From Deltaproteobacteria bacterium (GTDB taxonomy: Bacteria > Desulfobacterota_D > UBA1144 > Nemesobacterales > CSP1-2): 64,000 nt of DNA. The DNA lies in NCBI GenBank assembly GCA_052390235.1, contig JBQTHB010000005.1, positions 288,001 to 352,000 of the forward strand. Direction: 5' to 3'. The position numbers and the translations under genes were made by a program. Of this stretch, positions 1-10,411 are shown one piece after another. The notes beneath the pieces were generated by a model that did not search any database, was not told the origin of the DNA, and saw only the letters and a program-made list of their open reading frames with translations. Numbering within the stretch: the stretch's first letter is position 1; each line of letters opens with the position of its first letter.

Positions 1-330
1 AAGGAACTGGAATACGGAGCGATAATTGCCGAATACCAGAAGCACAGCGATGTTCTGAAACGGGATTACGAGTTAAACCGTCAGGAGAAGGTAAAACTCG
101 CATCAAATATAAGAAGCGACGTGCTTTCCATTTATGAGAGAATAAGAAAGAAAAACGGCGTTGCCCTCGTGCGCGCCACTCGGAATCAAATCTGCACGGG
201 GTGTAATATGAATATCCCATCGCAACTATTCAACGAGATTCTCAAGCTCACGGCGATGATTCAGTGCCCGAGCTGTCATAGAATTCTGTACTGTGAAGAA
301 ACTGAAAATGGCCAGCAGCTCTCAGCTTAG
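1..330 (+). CDS. C4-type zinc-ribbon/coiled-coil protein (DUF164-like), 5' partial
   Basis: Frame open from base 1 (KELEYGAII...) to TAG at 330; CTGC...CPSCHRIL zinc-ribbon motif; usual position upstream of RNase HI and rnpB. Confidence 0.85.
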   Translation, partial: KELEYGAIIAEYQKHSDVLKRDYELNRQEKVKLASNIRSDVLSIYERIRKKNGVALVRATRNQICTGCNMNIPSQLFNEILKLTAMIQCPSCHRILYCEETENGQQLSA

Positions 331-781
331 GTTATCCCTCGGCATCCCCGGCGCTGCCCCGGCAAAGTCCGCCCTCGTTTGGACAGACGGCGCTTGCAGG
401 GGAAATCCGGGGGCGTCCGGCGCAGGAGCGCTAATTAAGGACTCCGAAGGCGAAGCGAGCGAGATAAAAAAATACCTCGGCACGGTTACGAATAATCAAG
501 CCGAGTACGAGGCGTTCATCGCCGCCCTCGAAGCCGCCCGCAGGCTCGAAATATCCCAAATTAAAATCCACACCGATTCCCTCCTCCTCGCCAATCAAGT
601 TAACGGCGCGTGGCGGGTGAAGGACGAGAAGATTAAACCCCTCCATGCCAAAGCCCTGAGCCTTATCGCCCAATTTGAGGGCGTTCGGGTCGTCCACATT
701 CCAAGAGAAGAAAACCGCGCCGCCGATAGGCTTGCAAACCAGGCCATTGACGAATATGTTTATTCCCTAAGAGGCGAGTGA
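308..781 (+). CDS. rnhA: Ribonuclease HI
   Basis: TDGACRGNPG, TNNQAEYEA, HTDS and ENRAADRLAN acidic catalytic motifs; ATG at 308. Confidence 0.92.
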   Translation: MASSSQLRLSLGIPGAAPAKSALVWTDGACRGNPGASGAGALIKDSEGEASEIKKYLGTVTNNQAEYEAFIAALEAARRLEISQIKIHTDSLLLANQVNGAWRVKDEKIKPLHAKALSLIAQFEGVRVVHIPREENRAADRLANQAIDEYVYSLRGE

Positions 782-1138
782 GACGAGCAGTCGCTGGCTC
801 GAAGTAAAGAGCTGGAGGAAAGTCCGAACTCCGCAGGGCAGGGTGCCGGGTAACCCCCGGGTGCCGCGAGGCAACGGAAAGTGCCACAGAAAACAAACCG
901 CCCGCTTTTCTCTGCAAAGGGAGCGGCGGGTAAGGGTGAAAAGGCAGTGTAAGAGACTACCGCAAGGGGCGGCAACGCCCTTTGGCAAGGAAAACCCCGC
1001 CCGGAGAAAGACCAAATAGGGAAGTATGGATGCGCCCGTCCGAGGCTTCCGGGTAGGTCGTAAGAGGCGATGCGGCAACGCTCGCCCAAGATGAATGACT
1101 GCGCAAGACAGAATTCGGCTTACGGGCTCGCTCGCCTC
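771..1138 (+). ncRNA. rnpB: RNase P RNA (bacterial type A)
   Basis: GAGGAAAGTCC near the 5' end, internal GAAAGTGCCACAGAAA, 3' ACAGAATTCGGCTTAC; P1 helix GAGGCGAGTGAG/CTCGCTCGCCTC. Confidence 0.96.
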
Positions 1139-1283
1139 TTTTAAATTCAATATGCGCCGTGCAAATTCTCGATGTTGGATGGATAAGTTAGGCAATTAGC
1201 CCATTGAAATTAGATTCGCGCCTAAGGCTCTCGCGGGGCTTTAGATGCCGTCGTTATCCTCAGAACCTACCATTTATGATCCT

Positions 1284-1685
1284 TTATTGCATTGCGCGGG
1301 ATATTCTTTTAACCGCGTTAGCAGGCTTTTTAATATCGTGTTCCCATACACGGATAACTTTCCATCCGGTTCGACGTAAAGCAGATCGAATTCTTCGATC
1401 GCGCTGTATGTTTCTATCTATCTTTGATTGCCAATAAGATGTGTTACTACTCGGCCTCCGCAAGTGTTTTGGGCAACCATGCCAGAAGCAACTATCTATG
1501 AAGACGGCGACTTTGGCGCTACGAAATGCCAGGTCAGGTTTTCCAGGTAGATCGTCTGCATAACGCACAAATCCTTCTATTTTCACTGCCTTCAGAGTGG
1601 CAATAAATTGTTCTTCGAGCCGAGTATTCTTGCTCTGTACCTTTGCCATTATACGAGAGCGGGTTTCTTTATCTACAGTATCCAT
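1284..1685 (-). CDS. vsr: Very short patch repair endonuclease
   Basis: RSRIMAKVQSKNT, LPGKPD, FIDSCFWHGC and VIRVWEH motifs; next to a C5 methyltransferase. Confidence 0.95.
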   Translation of the reverse strand: MDTVDKETRSRIMAKVQSKNTRLEEQFIATLKAVKIEGFVRYADDLPGKPDLAFRSAKVAVFIDSCFWHGCPKHLRRPSSNTSYWQSKIDRNIQRDRRIRSALRRTGWKVIRVWEHDIKKPANAVKRISRAMQ

Positions 1686-1705
1686 ACCAGCCTATGATTG
1701 GCTCA

Positions 1706-2821
1706 TCATTTCTTAGAGCTTAATGCTATTTCTGTATCGGTGAGCCAACGTTTATCTGCTGGTTTAAACAGATACCCACGCTCTTTTAGAAACTGTGGTA
1801 TCGCGTCGTTTTGAGCTTGTGGGAATTCAGCGTTAAAGCCATCAACCAATTGATGTAATAATGCCCCTGCCAGATGATTCGCGAACTTGCCACGTAAACA
1901 TCGCTCATACCTTCAATCAAATCCGCTTCCTTGACTATTCCTCGAACTCGTTTGCCCCAGCTTATTTGTTTGGTAAAGCTTTCGATTGCTTGAGCGTCTG
2001 CATCGCGGCACACAATAACAATGGGGTCGCTTTCCACTTGATCTACGATTCCATTGGCGAGCCTGTTATTAAGAGTGAGATGTTTTACTTGGATTACGGG
2101 GCCAAAGTTTGCCCACATATCTAATCCCTCGATCAGCAGCGTTGGTAACGCCAACACGATAAATATGGGCTATCTCTTCTCTTTCAAGCCGTCCTTTATC
2201 TAATCCTAGAAGTACCCGCGCTAAGTCGGCAAATTCTTTTAGCAGTTCCTTGCTCTTGGCCGGTACGCTCACTTTGATTGTTGTGCTTAGACCCGCGACA
2301 ACAGTTTCGAAAAGGCTATGGGAAACAATTTCATAGGCTTTATCAATGCTGCGGCGAATGCCTGCGTCGGTGACGAACAGATCAAACAATGCCGCTAATT
2401 GAAAAGTCTTTGGTGTCGCTGTTTCTAAAGCCGAAAGTATTCTCGCTACGGTTCCTTGACGCTCGCTGTAGCGCATATAAATGTATCGTTCGACTGCCCC
2501 CTTGGTTCTTTTGTTTTCCGTATCCAGCGCGCAAAGTATTTCCGGCGGCATAGCGGTCGGATTCCAAACGTCGTGTTGATATCTCGCAGAGGAGGTGGAG
2601 ACTTTACCGGTCAGTCTCCTTGTGATTTCATTACGCCAACGGAATGATGGATTTTGAAAACTGCTCTGCTTCGATACATCTATATCTTTTTCGAGACGTG
2701 AGCGGCGTAGCGCTTCTGCAATTTGAATTGGCGTATAAAGATCGACTCGACCTATGTTAATTATCATGTCAAGACGGGCTTTGGCTTCTTCGATAGTAAT
2801 AGGCGTCTTTTTAGATAACAT
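1706..2821 (-). pseudogene. Type II restriction endonuclease, HaeII-like, disrupted by two frameshifts
   Basis: RVDLYTPIQIAE...RVGVTNAADRG joins LDMWANFGPVIQVKH after removing one base at 2126-2128; LIE(W)YERCLRGK...EFP...FLKERGY resumes after adding one base at about 1911; stop at 1706. Family call from recalled motifs. Confidence 0.8.
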
Positions 2822-3869
2822 CAACTTTGTACCCTTTTTTTTGCTCTGTGGACTTATAGTCAAATTCAAACACTCCCTGAATGAGTTTGTGCGTTTGGGT
2901 TGCTTGTTTGGTTTCGTGTTCTAGCGCGATTAGCAAACACCGCAGGACGGCGGCAACACAAGGGACGGCGACGCTATTGCCCGCTTGCTTGCGAGTCGCT
3001 GAGTAACCGCGCACGATTTTATAACTGTCGGGAAATCCTTGTAGGCGCGACATCTCGCGTTCGGTAAGTCTTCGCTCGCCATTGACGAGAAGGTAATTAT
3101 ATGAAGCCCCAGCTCGCAGAGCGCAAGAGTAGGGGTATGCGCTGATGTTTCCGCCTTTATTCTCATGCCAGATAGTTGGCTCATTGTAATGCTTTTTCCC
3201 CTCTCTCTTTTTCAGGCGGTTCTGTCGAATCTGTTCCGAAGCGTAATAAAACTCGGGCACATCTGTTTCTAAGATATCTGATAGCGATTTCATTGGAACT
3301 ATTCCACGAGGCCAGAAGAACTGATGAGGTTCACGGAATCCAGCGATGAAAATGCGCTCCCGCTTTTGCGGCAATCCAAAATGTAAAGCGTTGAGAACTC
3401 GATACTGCGCTTGGTATCCCAAATTATCAAGGGTTTCCATTATACGCGCCAATGTTCGTCCTTGATCATGAGTTTGCAATTGCTTCACGTTTTCAAGGAG
3501 AAAAGCCGTTGGTTGTTTTTCCTTTAGAATGCGAGCGATGTCAAAGAAGAGCGTGCCACGAGCGTCCTCAAATCCTTTCCGGTCGCCACAAATACTAAAT
3601 GCTTGGCAAGGAAATCCAGCAAATAAAATATCGTGATCTGGAATGTCCTGCTCCTTTACTTTTGTTATGTCGCCGACGGGTTTTATGCCGAAATTGGCTT
3701 CGTATGCAATTTGGCAATCTTGATCAACGTCACTTGCAAAAACACATTCGGCTTTGATATTCCGCTCTTTACAAATAAGATCCGCAGCCATATGAAATCC
3801 GCCAATACCGCAGAATAGATCGATGTATTTTATTTTCCGGCTATCGTTATTTTCAGTCTTCAAACGCAT
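2811..3869 (-). CDS. DNA (cytosine-5)-methyltransferase
   Basis: IDLFCGIGG (motif I), AGFPCQAFS (IV), ENVKQL (VI), PQKRERIF (VIII), RLQGFP and QAGNSV (IX/X); GAGGT before ATG at 3869. Confidence 0.96.
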   Translation of the reverse strand: MRLKTENNDSRKIKYIDLFCGIGGFHMAADLICKERNIKAECVFASDVDQDCQIAYEANFGIKPVGDITKVKEQDIPDHDILFAGFPCQAFSICGDRKGFEDARGTLFFDIARILKEKQPTAFLLENVKQLQTHDQGRTLARIMETLDNLGYQAQYRVLNALHFGLPQKRERIFIAGFREPHQFFWPRGIVPMKSLSDILETDVPEFYYASEQIRQNRLKKREGKKHYNEPTIWHENKGGNISAYPYSCALRAGASYNYLLVNGERRLTEREMSRLQGFPDSYKIVRGYSATRKQAGNSVAVPCVAAVLRCLLIALEHETKQATQTHKLIQGVFEFDYKSTEQKKGYKVDVI

Positions 3870-4228
3870 TACCTCGTCGTTCAAAGTTGTTTTCTATACC
3901 TTTTTTCTCTTCTTAGAATTACACTTTGAACTAAAATATTTCCCAAATCAACTGGTAAGGGGAAATGATGGAACAACGTCCCAAGAAGCTCCTTGGATGC
4001 CCTCTTAGTTACTAGGAATTCTCAGTCATCCGCTCAGTCCAAGACCGCGCTCACAAACACCATATCAGCGACACTGACAGAACAAGACCTGTGAATCTCA
4101 AGCATCTCACACTTGATGCGGGCGCTCAACGGCAATGCGGCATCTGCGGCTTGGATATTAGCCGGAATAAATATCTACATAGCGCAATCTTCGGGTATGA
4201 TTTTGCGCAGTGTAGAGGCATCAGCGCA

Positions 4229-4870
4229 ATGACTAATTTTGAAACTCATGATCCGAGCCGTAAGCTCTCGGCAACGCTGGCGAGGGTGGCCGATTCCCTG
4301 CCGCCTGAATCCGTCATGCTACGCGACCTGCTTGAGCTTGTCGGCGAGCAGGGATTGCTTCTGCTCTGCATATTTCTGTGTCTGCCCTTTCTGCTTCCGG
4401 TTTCTATTCCCGGTGTAAGCACCGTGTTTGGTCTGGCGATTATTTTCATCGGCACGGGCGTGGCTTTTAATCGGCTACCGTGGTTTCCAAAGCGCGTTCT
4501 CGACCGCCCCCTGTCCACCAATCAGCTAAGAGACGTCCTCAAGCGCGGCGCCGGCATCGTTAGGCGTTTCGAGCGTCTGGTTCGTCCACGATGCCTCGTA
4601 TTGTCCGGCGGCGCGGGGATTAATTTCTTCAACGGCGCGGCTCTGGTCTTGGGCGGCGTCCTGCTGACATTTCCTCTTGGGCTAATTCCGTTCTCGAACA
4701 CCCTGCCGGCGGCGGCGGTTCTATTCCTAGCTCTTGGAATGCTGGAGCGCGACGGGCTATTTATTGTCGCCGGGTATTTGATGAATATCGTAACTATCGT
4801 CTATTTTGCCGCGCTCGCCGCTGGGGCGCTGTTTGCCGGCGAGAGCATCCGCACTTTGATAAGCCAATAG
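4229..4870 (+). CDS. exoD: Exopolysaccharide synthesis ExoD-family membrane protein
   Basis: LPFLLPVSIPGVSTVFG, PWFP and IPFSNTLPA...ERDG patterns with hydrophobic segments. Confidence 0.88.
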   Translation: MTNFETHDPSRKLSATLARVADSLPPESVMLRDLLELVGEQGLLLLCIFLCLPFLLPVSIPGVSTVFGLAIIFIGTGVAFNRLPWFPKRVLDRPLSTNQLRDVLKRGAGIVRRFERLVRPRCLVLSGGAGINFFNGAALVLGGVLLTFPLGLIPFSNTLPAAAVLFLALGMLERDGLFIVAGYLMNIVTIVYFAALAAGALFAGESIRTLISQ

Positions 4871-4909
4871 CCGCATAGCTGACACTCCAATCCTCTTATC
4901 GGCGATGAT

Positions 4910-6133
4910 TTATAGGGCGCGGGTGGGTTGCTGAAATCTCACGCGGACGAACTCGCGCTTGCCAATTTTCATCTTGAGCGGCTCGGCTGATGAAATCTCG
5001 CGCTTGGGGTCGGCAACTTTCACTCCGTTCACGGTTACGCCCCCTTGCTCGATGAGGCGTTTTGCTTCCCCTCGGCTTTTTACGCGCTCGGACGCCGAAA
5101 TTACCAAATCAACTATGTTTATATCCCCCGATGCATCAACGACGACCTCTACTGCGTCTTCTGGGAACTCGCGCTGGGAGAACTTAAGCTCGAAATCCCT
5201 TTTGGCCTCTAGGGCGGCGTCCTGTCCGTAAAACCACGCCGCAAGCTCTCCGGCTAAGGCTTTTTTCGCGTCCATCGGGTGCGCCGACGCCCTCATCGCC
5301 GCAATCTCATCCTGCGGGCGCGAGCTTAGGATGTCGTAGTATCTCCACATTATCGCATCGGGAATGGACATCACTTTGCCGAATATATCTTCGGGCGCGT
5401 CATCAATGGCAATGTAGTTTCCCAGAGATTTGGACATTTTCCGCACCCCGTCCAGTCCTTCGAGAATGGGCAGGAATATTGCCACCTGAGGGGTTTGTCC
5501 GAAGTGGCGCTGAACGTCCCGCCCTAGGAGGATATTGAATTTCTGGTCCGTGCCGCCGAGTTCTACATCCGCGCGAATCATGGCTGAGTCGTAAGCCTGA
5601 ATTAGGGGGTAGAGAAATTCCTTTATCGTTATAGGCACGCCGGAGGTGAAGCGTTTGTGAAAATCATCCCGCTCAAGCATTCGGGCGACGTTTTCAAGCG
5701 AGGCGAGCCTGAGCAGTTCCTCCGCGCTGAGTTTCTTGAGCCACTCGGAGTTAAAAGCGACCTCTGTTCTGTCTCTCCTTAGGATTTTAAACACCTGCCT
5801 CTCGTAAGTGGCGGCGTTTCTGGCAACGTCCTCAGCCGAGAGCGTGGGCCTAGTTTCGACTCTCCCCGTGGGGTCTCCTATCATCGCAGTGAAATCCCCT
5901 ATGAGAAAGACGACGGTGTGTCCCAAGTCCTGGAATTCTCTGAGTTTTTTGAGCAAGATGCAGTGTCCAAGGTGGAGGTCGGGAGCAGTGGGGTCGAATC
6001 CCGCTTTAATTCTAAGGGGCCTGCCAGCGCCTGCGGACTCGGCGAATTTGGCGGACAACTCCTCCTCCGAGATTACTTCATCCGCTCCTCGCAGAATTGT
6101 TTCAAGCTGGCTCTTGGGGCTTGGGAATTTCAT
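4910..6133 (-). CDS. tyrS: Tyrosine--tRNA ligase
   Basis: [13 protein letters not shown] (HIGH motif), [14 protein letters not shown]-terminal S4-like domain. Confidence 0.97.
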   Translation of the reverse strand: MKFPSPKSQLETILRGADEVISEEELSAKFAESAGAGRPLRIKAGFDPTAPDLHLGHCILLKKLREFQDLGHTVVFLIGDFTAMIGDPTGRVETRPTLSAEDVARNAATYERQVFKILRRDRTEVAFNSEWLKKLSAEELLRLASLENVARMLERDDFHKRFTSGVPITIKEFLYPLIQAYDSAMIRADVELGGTDQKFNILLGRDVQRHFGQTPQVAIFLPILEGLDGVRKMSKSLGNYIAIDDAPEDIFGKVMSIPDAIMWRYYDILSSRPQDEIAAMRASAHPMDAKKALAGELAAWFYGQDAALEAKRDFELKFSQREFPEDAVEVVVDASGDINIVDLVISASERVKSRGEAKRLIEQGGVTVNGVKVADPKREISSAEPLKMKIGKREFVRVRFQQPTRAL

Positions 6134-6232
6134 CGTCGCTTCGGGGCGCCTCTCCCTGGGTTCTATTGGCTCTAAATAATAGATTATTAGAGGTCTAAGT
6201 CAACGCAAGGGGGCTAAGCGCTTATGAAAGAA

Positions 6233-6308
6233 TGGTCGGGGTGAGAGGATTTGAACCTCCGACCTTACGGTCCCGAACCGTACGCTCTGCCAACTGAGCT
6301 ACACCCCG
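6233..6308 (-). tRNA. tRNA-Pro(CGG)
   Basis: CGGGGTG acceptor stem, anticodon arm TACGG-TTCGGGA-CCGTA, GGTTCAAATCC T-arm, encoded CCA. Confidence 0.96.
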
Positions 6309-6465
6309 AAAATTAACCGGACGGCGACTACCGGCTATATAAATTACAACAGTTTTTTCATCTTGCAAGAATGCGGCGCGCAATCCCCTGAAATGTTATT
6401 GCAAAACCGCTTTGCGTGTGCAACAATGAGAGGATGAAATCCAGCGTGCGCGAGAGGTAATATCA

Positions 6466-8907
6466 ATGAAAACCCCGAAAGAACTCCTCCCCGAAGAGGT
6501 CTATAGATTCGCCGATTTAAGCTCTCTGGGATTTAAAACCACCGAGCAACTCTCCCAATGTCAGGGGTTTATAGGGCAGGAGCGGGCCGTTAAAGCCATA
6601 CACTTCGGTCTGGGCATCAGGCATCGGGGGTATAATCTCTATCTCGCAGGGCCCGCCGGCGTGGGCAAATCGAGCGTAATTCGGGCGATATTGTCCGACT
6701 TAGCGGCGACGAAGCCCACCCCCTGGGACTGGTGCTACGTTCATAATTTCCATAATCCCAGCGAGCCTAAGACGCTCAGTTTTCCCACGGGAACGGCAAA
6801 GAACTTCCGCAAGGACATGGAGGACCTCCTTGAGATGCTCAAAATCAACATCCCCAAATCCTTCGAGAGCAAACAATACGAGGAGACCAAGCAGAAAATC
6901 CTAAACGATAGCCAGAGACTCAAGACCTCGCTGTTCGACGAGGTGCAGAGAAAAGCCGCCCAATCCGACGTTCAAACCCAGTTCTCCCCGACTGGAATCG
7001 TTACCATCCCGCTTATGCGCGGCAAGCCCATAACCCAGGAGGAGTTTAACAATTTAGACGAGGCGAGCCGCGAGGATTTGCGCCGCCGCAAAGAAACGGT
7101 TGACGAAGAGGTCGCCGAGCTGTTTAAAAGGGCGAGGAAACAGGAAAAAGATGACCTTGAGCGTATTAAAGAACTCGAGAAAAAGGTCGCCCTTTTCGCC
7201 GTCCGAGACATCCTCGATAGCGTACGGGATAAGTACAAATCCTACCCCGAAGTGATAGATTATATGAATATGATGCAGCGCCACATCCTCGAGAACATAG
7301 ATGTATTTCTCCCCGACAAGCCCGAAGCCAATATCCCCGTACCCTTCAGAACGCCTCAGCAAAAACCCACTTTCTCTGAGTATCAGGTAAACGTCCTCAT
7401 TGATAACTCCGCCACCAGCGGCGCGCCCGTAATATTCGAGAGTAATCCCACGTATATAAATCTCGTCGGCTCAATCGAGCGCGAGGTTCGCTTCGGCATT
7501 CTCGTTACGGATTTCACCATGATTCACCCGGGCTCAATAGCCAAGGCAAACGGCGGGTATTTGGTGCTGGAGGCGGCTGATGTACTGAGATACCCGATGG
7601 TCTGGGACACGCTGAAAAAAACCCTTGCCAACGGGGAACTCAGAATCGAAGACGTATACCAGCAGTACGGATTCGTCAACACGGCGGGCGTAAAACCTGA
7701 GCCTATTAAGGTCAATTTAAAGGTCGTCCTCACGGGAAGCTCTCATCTCTATCACCTGCTCTATGCCTACGACGAGGATTTCAGAAAGCTCTTCAAGGTG
7801 AAAGCTGATTTCGACTCCACGGTAGAGGCGACCGATGGGATGCTCTCTAAATACGCCTGTTTCATAAAATCGAGCTGCGATACGGACGGCCTTCGGCAGT
7901 TTACGAGGAGCGGCGTTGAGGCCGTGGTTGAACACTGCGCGCGCCTTGCCGGCGACAGGGATAAGTTATCCATACAGTTTGGGGCGATACTTAAAATTCT
8001 GCGCGAGGCGGATTACTGGGCTGAGGCCGACGGCGCGTCCTCCTATGTGTCCAGAGAACACGTAGAGCAGGCTATCAGAGAGAAAATAAACCGCTCCAAC
8101 ATGGTCGAGGAGAAAATCCAAGAGACGATGGAAAAAGGCGTCATTATGATTGACGTTGAAGGCGAGGTCGTCGGGCAGATAAACGGGCTTGCCGTCTATA
8201 ATATGGGCGATTACTCCTTCGGCAAGCCGTCGCGGATAACGTGCGAGACGTTCATGGGTTCGGAGGGCGTCGCCAATATCGAGAGAAAAGCGCGTCTCAG
8301 CGGCAACATCCACGACAAGGGGGTGCTAATTTTGAGCGGCTACTTGGGGTCGAAATATGCTCAGGACAAGCCCCTTAGCCTCTCGGCGAGCCTCGGATTC
8401 GAGCAGAGCTACGATATGATTGACGGCGACAGCGCCTCCACAGCCGAGCTAGTTGCGATAATTTCAAGCCTCGCCTCAACCGCGATAAAACAGCAGTTCG
8501 CCATTACAGGCTCGGTCAACCAAAAGGGGCAGATTCAGCCCATTGGCGGGGTGAACGAGAAAATCGAGGGGTTTTTCCAGGTGTGCAAGGCAAGGGGGCT
8601 TACCGGAGCCCAGGGCGTGCTGATACCTCATCAGAACGCGCGAAACCTGATGCTTGGCAGAGAGGTTGTCGAAGCCGTGCGAGAGGGAAAATTCCATATC
8701 TATCCGATGGAGACCGTTGACGATGCCATCGAGATTTTAACGGGCAACGAAGCCGGCGAGCGCGGAGCGAAGGGGGAATTTACCAAAGCCTCGGTGCATT
8801 ATCTCGTTGACAAGCGCCTTCGAGAATTCGGCGAGCAGGCTAAAAAGCACGGCAGAGCCAAATCCGCCGCCGCGAAATCAAAGGGGCGCGAAGAGGAAGA
8901 AGAGTAA
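6466..8907 (+). CDS. Lon-like protease (LonC/AAA_32 type with coiled-coil insert)
   Basis: Walker A GPAGVGKS; ANGGYLVLEA; Lon_C domain with DGDSAS serine and GGVNEKIEGF lysine. Confidence 0.9.
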   Translation: MKTPKELLPEEVYRFADLSSLGFKTTEQLSQCQGFIGQERAVKAIHFGLGIRHRGYNLYLAGPAGVGKSSVIRAILSDLAATKPTPWDWCYVHNFHNPSEPKTLSFPTGTAKNFRKDMEDLLEMLKINIPKSFESKQYEETKQKILNDSQRLKTSLFDEVQRKAAQSDVQTQFSPTGIVTIPLMRGKPITQEEFNNLDEASREDLRRRKETVDEEVAELFKRARKQEKDDLERIKELEKKVALFAVRDILDSVRDKYKSYPEVIDYMNMMQRHILENIDVFLPDKPEANIPVPFRTPQQKPTFSEYQVNVLIDNSATSGAPVIFESNPTYINLVGSIEREVRFGILVTDFTMIHPGSIAKANGGYLVLEAADVLRYPMVWDTLKKTLANGELRIEDVYQQYGFVNTAGVKPEPIKVNLKVVLTGSSHLYHLLYAYDEDFRKLFKVKADFDSTVEATDGMLSKYACFIKSSCDTDGLRQFTRSGVEAVVEHCARLAGDRDKLSIQFGAILKILREADYWAEADGASSYVSREHVEQAIREKINRSNMVEEKIQETMEKGVIMIDVEGEVVGQINGLAVYNMGDYSFGKPSRITCETFMGSEGVANIERKARLSGNIHDKGVLILSGYLGSKYAQDKPLSLSASLGFEQSYDMIDGDSASTAELVAIISSLASTAIKQQFAITGSVNQKGQIQPIGGVNEKIEGFFQVCKARGLTGAQGVLIPHQNARNLMLGREVVEAVREGKFHIYPMETVDDAIEILTGNEAGERGAKGEFTKASVHYLVDKRLREFGEQAKKHGRAKSAAAKSKGREEEEE

Positions 8908-9018
8908 GTAACCGCCATTGCCCTATGGCTCAGGCGAGAATCTATTTCCGCCCTGAGTAAGTTCGGCGGTGTTTATCCTCCGCGCTGAATTTGCGTTAAT
9001 TCGCGGATAGAGCTAATT

Positions 9019-10392
9019 ATGAAAAAATCGAAGCCTCAGATTCTGTTCGCGTGCCAGAACTGCGGAAGCCAGTCTCCTAAGTGGTTAGGCAAATGTCCCG
9101 CCTGCGGAGAGTGGAATTCCTACGTCGAGGAGAGGGCGGATGGGAGGGATAAATCCCCGGCAGTCCGAGGGGCAACCCGCAGACTCCCCCCCACTGCCAT
9201 TACCAAAATCGAAACAGACGAAGAGCAGAGAATACAAACCGGTATGTCTGAACTCGACAGGGTCTTGGGCGGCGGCTTTGTCGAAGGCTCAATAGCGCTT
9301 GTGGGCGGAGACCCCGGCATCGGAAAATCCACGCTCGCCATTCAGATGCTCCACAACATCGCATCGGTGGGGATGACGGTTCTCTACGTTACGGGAGAGG
9401 AATCCCCGCGGCAGGTGAAATTGCGCGCCGAGAGACTCTCCCTCGGCTCGGACGCGCTTTTGGTATTCTCCGAGACCTCCGTCGAGAGCATTATCGAAGA
9501 GGCGGCAAAACTCGCCCCGAAGGTCGCCGTGATTGACTCGATTCAGACCGTCTATTCCGAGGAATTCCCCTCGGCGGCGGGGAGCGTTGGGCAGATACGC
9601 GAGTGCGCATCGAAGCTAATGCAGTTTGCCAAGACCTCCGGCACGGCGATTTTTCTCGTCGGACACGTTACCAAAGAGGGCGCGATAGCGGGCCCAAAGG
9701 TGCTGGAGCATCTCGTGGATACGGTTCTGTACTTCGAGGGCGGGCGGGACCATCCCTACAGGATTCTGCGCGCGATTAAAAACAGATTCGGCTCGACAAA
9801 CGAAATCGGCGTATTTGAGATGCGCGACTCAGGGCTTGAAGAGGTCAAAAATCCATCCGAAATATTCCTCTCCGAGCGTCCTAAAGAGGCCTCAGGGTCG
9901 GTCGTAACTCCGAGCCTCGAGGGTACGCGCCCGATACTCGTCGAGATTCAGGCGCTCGTGTCCCCGTGCAATTTCGGGATGCCGAGGCGCACCGCCATAG
10001 GGCTTGAGGCGAGCCGCGTCGCCCTTCTCGTGGCGGTGCTTGAGAAGAGGGCTGGGCTTCACATTCTGGGTCAGGATATTTTTATGAACGTAGCCGGAGG
10101 GGTTAAAATCGAAGAGCCTGCCGTTGACCTGGCCATCAGCGCGGCGATAATCTCAAGTTTCGTAAATAAGCCGCTTGAGGCGGGGGTCGTCGTGTTTGGC
10201 GAGGTGGGGCTATCGGGCGAGATACGCGGCGTCTCTCAAGTGGAACTGAGGCTCAAGGAAGCGCAGAAGCTCGGATTTACCAAGTGCGTACTGCCGAAGA
10301 TAAATTTGGAGCGGATAAAACGCTCGGACACAGACGGTCTTGCCCTCGTCGGCGCAGGCTCGATAGAAGAGGCGATAGACGCGCTGTTCTAA
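9019..10392 (+). CDS. radA: DNA repair protein RadA/Sms
   Basis: CQNCG...CPAC zinc finger, GGDPGIGKST, KNRFG motif. Confidence 0.97.
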   Translation: MKKSKPQILFACQNCGSQSPKWLGKCPACGEWNSYVEERADGRDKSPAVRGATRRLPPTAITKIETDEEQRIQTGMSELDRVLGGGFVEGSIALVGGDPGIGKSTLAIQMLHNIASVGMTVLYVTGEESPRQVKLRAERLSLGSDALLVFSETSVESIIEEAAKLAPKVAVIDSIQTVYSEEFPSAAGSVGQIRECASKLMQFAKTSGTAIFLVGHVTKEGAIAGPKVLEHLVDTVLYFEGGRDHPYRILRAIKNRFGSTNEIGVFEMRDSGLEEVKNPSEIFLSERPKEASGSVVTPSLEGTRPILVEIQALVSPCNFGMPRRTAIGLEASRVALLVAVLEKRAGLHILGQDIFMNVAGGVKIEEPAVDLAISAAIISSFVNKPLEAGVVVFGEVGLSGEIRGVSQVELRLKEAQKLGFTKCVLPKINLERIKRSDTDGLALVGAGSIEEAIDALF

Positions 10393-10411
10393 CCCCTGCC
10401 ACTTATCTCTC

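Larger units (their letters stand above)
1284..3869 (-). mobile_element. Putative horizontally acquired restriction-modification islet (MTase, REase pseudogene, vsr)
   Basis: Visibly more AT-rich than its flanks; defence gene content; sits right after rnpB; no integrase or terminal repeats seen. Confidence 0.5.

Noticed and set aside
663..1195. Minus-strand ORFs of 84-142 aa (663-917, 760-1089, 767-1195)
   Set aside because: They are antisense to the RNase P RNA gene, a typical spurious translation
1786..2869. Two separate genes, or a programmed frameshift, in the endonuclease region
   Set aside because: The pieces join into one protein; the indel sites are not slippery heptamers or long homopolymers, and two shifts would be needed
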